Part shown: one piece after another, positions 47,037-54,098 of the stretch
Layout: every line of letters begins with the position of its first letter
Position numbering within the stretch: the stretch's first letter is position 1
Origin: Eubacteriales bacterium
GTDB taxonomy: Bacteria > Bacillota > Clostridia > Oscillospirales > CAG-272
Length of the DNA stretch: 54,098 nt
Reading direction: 5' to 3'
NCBI GenBank assembly: GCA_045600005.1
Contig: JAZRXB010000330.1
Span: forward strand, 1 to 54,098
Position numbers and translations under genes: made by a program
Notes under the pieces: model-generated
What the model was told of the DNA's origin: nothing
What the model saw: only the letters and a program-made list of their open reading frames with translations
The model's database searches: none

Positions 47037-47585
47037 GTGAATAAAGCAATCGGTATGGTCGAATTCAAGACGGTCTCCAGCGGCGTCCGCGCGGCAGACC
47101 TGATGATCAAGACCTCCAGCGTGGAAATCATGCAGGCGTCGGTCGTCTGTCCCGGCAAGTACATCGTGCTGATCACCGGCGACCTCAGCGCCGTACAGGC
47201 TTCGGTCGAAGCGGCAAAGCTCCAGAACGGCGAACAGTGCATCGACAGCTACGTGCTGGGCAATCCGGCAGAGGACCTGTTCCCCGCCATTTACGGAAGC
47301 GTTCCGGTCGAGAACGCGAAATCGCTCGGCGTCCTCGAGACCTTCTCGGTTCCGTCCTGCATCGCAGCGGCGGATACGGCGGCGAAGACTTCCGACGTCA
47401 CGCTCATCGAGCTCCGTCTGGCAAGAGGTATGTGCGGCAAATCCTACGTGTTCCTCACCGGCGACGTGGCGGCTGTCACGGCGGCGATCGATCACGCGAA
47501 GGAAATGATCGGCGGCGACGGGATGTTTCTTGACAGCACCGTCATCCCCAGCCCCGACAAGAGCCTCTGGGCAAGCATCCTTTAA
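47037..47585 (+). CDS. pduT: Tandem BMC-T shell protein (PduT type)
   Basis: Two BMC domains; CPGKY with Fe-S-ligating Cys; follows pduS. Confidence 0.88.
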   Translation: MNKAIGMVEFKTVSSGVRAADLMIKTSSVEIMQASVVCPGKYIVLITGDLSAVQASVEAAKLQNGEQCIDSYVLGNPAEDLFPAIYGSVPVENAKSLGVLETFSVPSCIAAADTAAKTSDVTLIELRLARGMCGKSYVFLTGDVAAVTAAIDHAKEMIGGDGMFLDSTVIPSPDKSLWASIL

Positions 47586-47654
47586 TCAAATGAGACCGGC
47601 AGCTCTGTACGCAGGGCTGCCGGTCAGAATGAATCTCGGAGGGAGAAGCTCGCT

Positions 47655-48413
47655 ATGCTCCCAATGGAACGGAAAAACGAGATCCTGTCGAGACTGATGC
47701 TCGACGGCAAGGTCGTCGTCAGCGACCTTGCGGAAGCGTTTCAGGTGACGGAGGAGACCATCCGCCGCGACCTTGACAAGCTCGAAAAGGAAGGTCTCGC
47801 GAAAAAAACCTACGGCGGCGCGACCCGCAGCGACAACATCAACGTCGAGCTGCCTTATACCGTGCGCAAGCAGGAAAACGTCGAATCGAAGAAAGCCATC
47901 GCCGCAAAGATCAGCGACATGATCTCGGACGGCGACTGCATCCTGCTCGACGCAAGCACGACCGCGCTCTTTACACTGCGCGGGCTGTACAGCAAAAACA
48001 ATCTCACGCTGATCACCAATTCCATCGAAATGCTGCTCGACATCCCGCCGAAAAGCGGCTGGCGGGTGATCTCGACGGGCGGAGAGATCGCGCAGAGCAG
48101 TCTGTCCTTTGTCGGACCGCAGGCGCAGCGGACGGTCTCGACCTACTGCGTCGACCTCGCGGTGATCTCCTGCAAGGGACTGGACCGCGAAAAAGGGCTG
48201 ACCGATACCAGCGAAGCGACGGCGGAGATCAAGCGGACCTTTCTGCGCTCCGCGAAAAAGATCGTGGTCGGCGCGGACAGCTCGAAGTTCGACCGGGTGT
48301 CCTTTGTCCGGTTTGCGGACTTTTCGGATATTCACGCCGTCGTGACCGACCGGGAGCCGGACGCGGCGTGGAGGACGTTTCTTGACGAGCGCGGCGTAGC
48401 GCTCTACTATTGA
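47655..48413 (+). CDS. DeoR/GlpR-family transcriptional regulator
   Basis: VTEETIRRDL, YGGA, LDASTT, ITNS, ADSSKF. Confidence 0.93.
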   Translation: MLPMERKNEILSRLMLDGKVVVSDLAEAFQVTEETIRRDLDKLEKEGLAKKTYGGATRSDNINVELPYTVRKQENVESKKAIAAKISDMISDGDCILLDASTTALFTLRGLYSKNNLTLITNSIEMLLDIPPKSGWRVISTGGEIAQSSLSFVGPQAQRTVSTYCVDLAVISCKGLDREKGLTDTSEATAEIKRTFLRSAKKIVVGADSSKFDRVSFVRFADFSDIHAVVTDREPDAAWRTFLDERGVALYY

Positions 48414-48432
48414 TTTGTGAGGAACCTGCATC

Positions 48433-49560
48433 ATGCAGAAATTCAAAATGAAAACCGAGGTCTGCTTCGGTGACAACGCGCTGTCGGCTCTGGGAGAGAT
48501 CCGGGCGAAAAGCGCGGCGATTTTCACCGATGCGTTCCTTGCGAAAAACGGAACGGCCGACCGGGTGGCTAAGCTCCTGACCGGCTGTGCCGAGGTCAGC
48601 ATCTATTCGGGCATCCGTCCCGATCCGCCGGTCGAGCTGATCGCGGACGCACTGCGTTTCCTGCTTGACGCGGATGCAGAGGTCGTTGTCGCGGTCGGCG
48701 GCGGTTCGTCGATCGACGCGGCGAAGTCCACCACGCTCATCGCGCGTCAGAAGACCGGGAAGGAGCTGCCGCTCATCGCCGTCCCGACGACCAGCGGAAC
48801 CGGCTCCGAGGTCACGAAGTTCGCGGTCATCACCGATTCCGAAGCGGGCGTGAAGTATCCGCTCGTGTCGGACGAGCTTCTGCCGGTCAAGGCGATCTTA
48901 GATGGAGAACTCGTGAAGAGCGTTCCGCCGCAGATCACCAGCGATACCGGCTTTGACGTCATCACACACGCGCTCGAAGCGTACATCTCGACGGCGGCGA
49001 ACGATTTCTCGGACGCGCTGGCGGAGAAGGCGCTGGAGCTTGCGTTCCGGTGGCTGCCGGTCGCGTATGCGGACGGAAACAATGCCGAAGCGCGCGAAAA
49101 AATGCACAATGCGTCCTGTCTTGCCGGTATGGCGTTCAGCGAGGTCAGTCTCGGCGTGAACCACGGCATCGCGCACGCACTGGGCGCGCACTTCCACATC
49201 CCGCACGGACGTGCGAACGCGATGGTCCTGCCTTATGTCATGGCGTTCAACGCCGAGCTTGACCGTGACGGCGACTGCAAAGCCGCGCGCCGGATGGCGG
49301 TCATTGCCGGACGGCTGGGACTTCCCGCCGACACGCCGAAGATGGGTGCAACCGCTCTGGTGGCGCTCATCAGCGAGATGGGCAAGCAGCTCAGCGTTCC
49401 GCAGAGCTTTGCCGCCTGCAAGGTCAGCCGCGCCGATTATGAGGCGGCGAAGGCGCATATCATGGCGTGTGCCTGCCGTGACGCCTGCACGGCGACCAAT
49501 CCGCGTCCCGTCACGGAAGCGGACGTTGCCGGAATCCTTCGGAATCTGGAACAGTTCTGA
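48433..49560 (+). CDS. Iron-containing alcohol dehydrogenase (PduQ/FucO-like)
   Basis: GGGSSIDAAK, PTTSGTGSE, DVITHALE, HGIAH, PHG. Confidence 0.9.
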   Translation: MQKFKMKTEVCFGDNALSALGEIRAKSAAIFTDAFLAKNGTADRVAKLLTGCAEVSIYSGIRPDPPVELIADALRFLLDADAEVVVAVGGGSSIDAAKSTTLIARQKTGKELPLIAVPTTSGTGSEVTKFAVITDSEAGVKYPLVSDELLPVKAILDGELVKSVPPQITSDTGFDVITHALEAYISTAANDFSDALAEKALELAFRWLPVAYADGNNAEAREKMHNASCLAGMAFSEVSLGVNHGIAHALGAHFHIPHGRANAMVLPYVMAFNAELDRDGDCKAARRMAVIAGRLGLPADTPKMGATALVALISEMGKQLSVPQSFAACKVSRADYEAAKAHIMACACRDACTATNPRPVTEADVAGILRNLEQF

Positions 49561-49566
49561 ATAAGC

Positions 49567-49612
49567 AAAATGACCTCGTGTGCGGTGTCGTACCGCCCGC
49601 GAGGTCATTTTT
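49567..49612 (+). terminator. Terminator of BMC operon
   Basis: AAAATGACCTCG / CGAGGTCATTTT plus T run. Confidence 0.85.
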
Positions 49613-49630
49613 ATTGTGCCAAAAGCGAAG

Positions 49631-49666
49631 GAACGCCGACCGAAACGGTAATTTCGGTCGGCGTTC
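49631..49666 (-). terminator. Terminator of infB operon
   Basis: GAACGCCGACCGAAA / TTTCGGTCGGCGTTC 15-bp stem. Confidence 0.75.
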
Positions 49667-49694
49667 TCCGATTATTGCGTGTTCAGGCGCGGGT

Positions 49695-52652
49695 TCAATC
49701 CTTTTTGACTTCTTCCATCACGAAGGCTTCGAGAATATCGCCTTCCTTGATGTCGTTGAAGCGTTCCAGACCGATACCGCATTCAAAGCCCTGCATGACT
49801 TCCTTCGCGTCGTCCTTGAAGCGCTTGAGCGAGGAGATCTTGTCTTCAAAGATGACCACGCCGTCGCGGACCACGCGGATCTGCGCGTTTCTCGAGACCT
49901 TGCCGTCCTGCACGTAGGAACCGGCGATGGTGCCGACGTTCGGAACGTGAATGGTCTGACGAACCTCGGCGTGACCGAGCAGGTTCTCGACGAAGGTCGG
50001 CGACAGCATACCCTTCATAGCCGCTTCGATCTCTTCGATGCACTCGTAAATGATGCGGTAGGTACGGATATCAACGCCCTGCTTTTCGGCGGTGTCAAGC
50101 GCGTTCTTGTCAGGACGCACGTTGAAGCCGACGATCAGCGCGTTGGAGGCGGCCGCGAAGGTGACGTCGCCCTCGGTGATGCCGCCGACTGCGGAATGGA
50201 TGATGTTGACGCGGACTTCTTCGTTCGACAGCTTTTCGAGCGAAGCCTTGACCGCTTCGACGGAACCGCCGACGTCTGCCTTGACGATGATGTTCAGGTC
50301 CTTGATACCGCCTGCGATCTGGTTGAACAGATCGTTCAGGTTGACCTTTGCGCTTGCCTTGAACTGTTCTTCCTTCGTCTCGCTGCGGCGCTTTTCGGCA
50401 AGCTCGCGTGCCATGCGCTCGTCCTCGACTGCCGCGAATTCATCGCCTGCTTCGGGGACCTCGGCAAGACCGATGATCTCGACCGGGACCGAAGGACCGG
50501 CGGACTTGACCAGACGTCCCTTATCGTCTGTCATCGCACGGACACGGCCGACTGCCGTACCGGCAATGACGATATCGCCGTTGTTCAGCGTACCGTTCTG
50601 GACCAGAACGGTTGCGACCGGTCCGCGTCCCTTGTCGAGCTTTGCTTCGATGATCAGACCCTTCGCGCGGCGGTTCGGGTTGGCTTTCAGCTCCTTCATG
50701 TCGGCGACGAGCAGGAGGTTTTCGAGCAGGTCGTCCAGACCGAAGCCGGTCAGTGCGGAAACGGGGACGCATACGACGTCGCCGCCCCATTCTTCGGGAA
50801 CGAGGTTGTACTTGGCCAGCCCCTGCTTGACGGCTTCGGGGTTGGCGCTCGGCTTATCCATCTTGTTGATGGCGACCACGATGTCGATGCCGGCAGCCTT
50901 GGCGTGGTTGATCGCCTCAACGGTCTGCGGCATGATGCCGTCGTCCGCTGCGACGACGAGGATCGCGATATCGGTCGACTTCGCGCCGCGCGCACGCATG
51001 GCGGTGAACGCCTCGTGACCGGGCGTGTCGAGGAAGGTGATCTCACGGTCGCGGACCTTGACGCGGTAAGCGCCGATGGCCTGCGTGATGCCGCCTGCTT
51101 CGCCGGAGGTGACGTTGGTGTGGCGGATCGCGTCAAGAAGGGAGGTCTTGCCGTGGTCGACGTGACCCATGACGCAGACGACGGGGCTTCTCGGAACGAG
51201 ATTTTCCTCGGCGTCTTCGGATTCGTCGAACAGCTTTTCTTCGATGGTGACGACGACCTCGCGCGTGACCTTCGCGCCCAGCTCGTCGGCGACGAGATAA
51301 GCGGTATCGTAGTCGATCGTTTCGTTGACCGACGCCATGACGCCCATGACCATCAGCTTCTTGATGACCTCGCCAGCCGTCATCTTAAGACGGGACGCAA
51401 GCTCGCCGACCGTGATCTCGTCCGGAACGGTGATCTGGAGCGGCTGCTTCTTTGCCTTTTCGACGCCCTGCTTGCGCATTTTTTCCATTGCCATGCGCTC
51501 TTTTTCACGCTGACCGGAATAATCGCGGGTGTTCTGCTTTTTCAGCTTCTGCTTTTCGCCGCGCGCATCCTTGGAGGATTCGGGGACGAAGTTTTCAAGA
51601 CGCTCGTCGTACTTTTCAAGATCGACGGTCGTGGTGCGGGTATCGACGACGCGGCTCTCGCCGGGATTCTTCGGCGCGTTCTGACCGCGGGTGTAGGTGT
51701 GGACGGGAGCGGGCTTCGGCGTGCTGGAACGTCCGGAACCGCCGCTGTCCTTGTCGCGGAAGCCGCCGTTCTGCGGACGGGACTGACCGTTATTATCGCG
51801 GAAGCCGCCGTTGTTCTGCGGACGGGGCTGACCGTTGTTGTCGCGGAAGCCGCCGTTATTCTGAGGACGGGGCTGACCGTTGTTGTCACGGAAGCCGCCG
51901 TTGTTCTGCGGACGTGGCTGACCGTTATTATCGCGGAAACCGCCGCCATTCTGGGAACGGGACTGACCGTTGTTATCGCGGAAGCCGCCGCCATTCTGCG
52001 GACGGGACTGAGCGGGCGCACCGGTACCGTTCTGCGGACGGGACTGACCGCTGCCATCGCGGAAACTGCCGCCATTCTGCGGACGGTTCTGTGCGCCGTT
52101 GTTCTGCGGACGGACAGACGTCTGCGCGGCAGCCTTGGGCGCATCCGTGGTCTTTGCGGGTTCGGTCTTGGGCGCTTCGGCGGTCTTAGCGGGTTCAGCC
52201 TTGGGCGCATCCGCGGTCTTTGCGGGTTCAGTCTTGGGTGCTTCGGCAGTCTTTGCGGGTTCAGCCTTGGGTGCATCTGTGGTCTTGGCGGGTTCAGCCT
52301 TGGGCGCTTCGGCAGTCTTGGCAGACTCAGCCTTGGGCGGCTGCTTGACCGGCTCGGATTTTACAGGCGCGGACTTCGCAGGCTCTTCCGCCTTCGGCGC
52401 TTCGGGCTTGGGAGCGGCGGGTTTTACCGCGATCTTCGTTTTGCCGTCGAGGTAATCGCCGATGTTTTCGATCTGATGGCGTTCGGTGATGCGGCTCATG
52501 ACGAGGTTGAATTCGTCGGGCGTCAGAGCGCCGGAATGGGTTTTGCCGGTGATGCCGACTTCAACGACGACGTCGAGAACGTCTTTATTCTTTAAGCCAA
52601 GCTCCTTGGCAAGAGTGGAAATGCGGACCTGATTTTTCTGGTTTGCTGCCAT
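49695..52652 (-). CDS. infB: Translation initiation factor IF-2
   Basis: [28 protein letters not shown]; long low-complexity N-terminus. Confidence 0.98.
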   Translation of the reverse strand: MAANQKNQVRISTLAKELGLKNKDVLDVVVEVGITGKTHSGALTPDEFNLVMSRITERHQIENIGDYLDGKTKIAVKPAAPKPEAPKAEEPAKSAPVKSEPVKQPPKAESAKTAEAPKAEPAKTTDAPKAEPAKTAEAPKTEPAKTADAPKAEPAKTAEAPKTEPAKTTDAPKAAAQTSVRPQNNGAQNRPQNGGSFRDGSGQSRPQNGTGAPAQSRPQNGGGFRDNNGQSRSQNGGGFRDNNGQPRPQNNGGFRDNNGQPRPQNNGGFRDNNGQPRPQNNGGFRDNNGQSRPQNGGFRDKDSGGSGRSSTPKPAPVHTYTRGQNAPKNPGESRVVDTRTTTVDLEKYDERLENFVPESSKDARGEKQKLKKQNTRDYSGQREKERMAMEKMRKQGVEKAKKQPLQITVPDEITVGELASRLKMTAGEVIKKLMVMGVMASVNETIDYDTAYLVADELGAKVTREVVVTIEEKLFDESEDAEENLVPRSPVVCVMGHVDHGKTSLLDAIRHTNVTSGEAGGITQAIGAYRVKVRDREITFLDTPGHEAFTAMRARGAKSTDIAILVVAADDGIMPQTVEAINHAKAAGIDIVVAINKMDKPSANPEAVKQGLAKYNLVPEEWGGDVVCVPVSALTGFGLDDLLENLLLVADMKELKANPNRRAKGLIIEAKLDKGRGPVATVLVQNGTLNNGDIVIAGTAVGRVRAMTDDKGRLVKSAGPSVPVEIIGLAEVPEAGDEFAAVEDERMARELAEKRRSETKEEQFKASAKVNLNDLFNQIAGGIKDLNIIVKADVGGSVEAVKASLEKLSNEEVRVNIIHSAVGGITEGDVTFAAASNALIVGFNVRPDKNALDTAEKQGVDIRTYRIIYECIEEIEAAMKGMLSPTFVENLLGHAEVRQTIHVPNVGTIAGSYVQDGKVSRNAQIRVVRDGVVIFEDKISSLKRFKDDAKEVMQGFECGIGLERFNDIKEGDILEAFVMEEVKKD
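51754..52110 (-). repeat. About 45-bp coding tandem repeats in infB
   Basis: (N)[14 protein letters not shown] units. Confidence 0.85.
52131..52328 (-). repeat. Six 33-bp coding tandem repeats in infB
   Basis: [11 protein letters not shown]-type 11-aa units. Confidence 0.88.
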
Positions 52653-52681
52653 GTTGTATCAATCATCCTTTCAGAGAGGCG

Positions 52682-53098
52682 TTATTCTTTATCGGACGGA
52701 GTTCTGGTAACGGAGGGCTGTACGGGCGTTTCAGGCGACGGCTTTTCCTCGAAAAGCGCACGGATGCCGCGGGCAAAGCTGGCGTCGCAGACGCCGATCA
52801 CCGCGATCTGCCCGGTTTTGCCGATCTGCTTCGACAGCGCCGCGCTGTCAAGTCCGGCAAGACAAAGTTCGGTTTCGTAATATTTGCAGGCGTCGGAGAT
52901 CCGCTTGAGCGTGTTCGCAGAGGCGTCCGAAGACACCAGAACGAGGTCCGCGATGCCGCGCCGCACCGCGTCGCGGCAGAGATCCGCTCCGCAGATCAGT
53001 CTGCGTGCTCTTGCGGCAAAGCCGAGCAGTCCGAGCAGCCGTTTTTCGGCTCCGGGCTTCAGACGGCGGGGTTCAACGCTGATTTCTTCTTCACACAT
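52682..53098 (-). CDS. ylxQ: L7Ae/L30e-family protein (YlxQ)
   Basis: LLGLLGFAARARRLICG, SSDAS, IGK; upstream of infB. Confidence 0.88.
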   Translation of the reverse strand: MCEEEISVEPRRLKPGAEKRLLGLLGFAARARRLICGADLCRDAVRRGIADLVLVSSDASANTLKRISDACKYYETELCLAGLDSAALSKQIGKTGQIAVIGVCDASFARGIRALFEEKPSPETPVQPSVTRTPSDKE

Positions 53099-53381
53099 GG
53101 CCGGCAAGCTCCTTTTCTATCGCATCCCAGACCTCATCCGGAATGGATACTTCAAGACTGCGTTCGATCCGTCTGGCGCGGCGGCATTTTTTTAAGCACT
53201 CCGCGCTTTTGCATACATACGCGCCGCGCCCCGATTTCTTTCCGATGAGATCGAGGGAGACGCTGCCGTCCGGCGCGCGCACGACCCGCGCGAGCTGCGG
53301 CTTCGGAAAAGACTGACCGCATCCCAGACATCTGCGTTCCGGGATCTTTTTCTGAGGTCTTGCCTGATTGTTTTCCTGCAA
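53091..53381 (-). CDS. ylxR: YlxR/RnpM-family RNA-binding protein
   Basis: PERRCLGC, GRGAYVC; TTG start after GGAGG. Confidence 0.92.
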   Translation of the reverse strand: MQENNQARPQKKIPERRCLGCGQSFPKPQLARVVRAPDGSVSLDLIGKKSGRGAYVCKSAECLKKCRRARRIERSLEVSIPDEVWDAIEKELAGHV

Positions 53382-53522
53382 AATTCGATTTCCTCCAGAT
53401 TTTGTGTTCTGTCCGACCCGGAATCACACCATGAAAGCCGGTCGGGACGGGAAAATACCGCTTCCCGCCGGAATTAGTCGGACAATCAGTAGAATTGTGA
53501 GGCGGAATGACGTTTTTTCATG

Positions 53523-54098
53523 TCAGTTCTGCTCATCGGAAGCGGGTTCTTCGGCGGCTTCAATGAAGGCCTTCTTGGCTGCTTCCTCTTCTTCGAGAGC
53601 GGCGCGGGTCTTGATATCGATCTTGAAGCCGGTAAGCCTTGCGGCGAGACGGGCGTTCTGTCCCTCCTTGCCGATGGCGAGCGACAGCTGGTTCGGGTCG
53701 ACGATGACGCGGCAGGATTTTTCGCTGTCGAGAATAACTTCTTCGATCTTGGCTGGCGAGAGGGCGGCGCTGATATATTCGACCGGGTTTTCGCTGAATT
53801 TGATGATGTCGATCTTTTCACCGCGCAGTTCGTTGATGATGCCCTGGATACGCATACCCTTGTTGCCGATGCAGGCGCCGATCGGGTCGACGTTGGGATC
53901 GCGGCTCATGACCGCCATTTTCGTGCGGGAGCCGGCTTCACGGGTGATGCTCTGAATGACGACCACACCGTCCTGGATCTCGGGGATCTCAAGCTCAAAG
54001 AGGCGCTTGACGAGACCCGCGTTGGTTCTGGAAACGAACACCTGCGGTCCTTTGCCCGCGCGTGCCACTTCCAGCACGTAGACCTTGATGCGGTCGTT
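53523..54098 (-). CDS. nusA: Transcription factor NusA (5' part outside window)
   Basis: LVKRLFELEIPEI, REAGSRTK, LSLAIGKEGQNARLAARLTG. Confidence 0.97.
   Translation of the reverse strand, partial: NDRIKVYVLEVARAGKGPQVFVSRTNAGLVKRLFELEIPEIQDGVVVIQSITREAGSRTKMAVMSRDPNVDPIGACIGNKGMRIQGIINELRGEKIDIIKFSENPVEYISAALSPAKIEEVILDSEKSCRVIVDPNQLSLAIGKEGQNARLAARLTGFKIDIKTRAALEEEEAAKKAFIEAAEEPASDEQN

Noticed and set aside
49578-52595. 1005-aa ORF on + strand, and similar long ORFs at 3135-4811, 22527-25301, 26629-27732, 42769-44064 and 45822-47495
   Set aside because: Antisense shadows of well-supported genes, expected from high-GC codon bias; no recognisable motifs.

Overview
High-GC chromosomal window from an anaerobic Firmicute (Clostridia-like; inferred from SLH domains, sigmaA-type promoters and gene order). 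Housekeeping genes sit at both ends: ffh-rpsP-khpA on the left and nusA-ylxR-ylxQ-infB on the right. Between them lie a Na+-pumping biotin decarboxylase operon with two different carboxyltransferases, an uncharacterised 5-gene redox operon (2-hydroxyacid DH, TIM-barrel isomerase, old-yellow-enzyme, SDR, SdhA-like flavoprotein) plus nagB, trmB, a GH2 glycosidase and an orphan MsmK-type ATPase. An accessory region (about 27.7-35.6 kb) encodes a pseudokinase/kinase pair, a frameshifted NarL-type regulator and a variable LRR-repeat SLH surface protein; the sensor and surface-protein promoters share a 25-bp box. cysK is followed by a glycyl-radical propanediol/deoxy-sugar microcompartment locus (GRM5-like) that lacks the aldehyde dehydrogenase and PduL genes. 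Four copies of an unannotated 165-222 bp hairpin-rich miniature mobile element, each with its own target-site duplication, sit in untranslated regions. All product calls rest on motif recognition by eye; no database searches were run.
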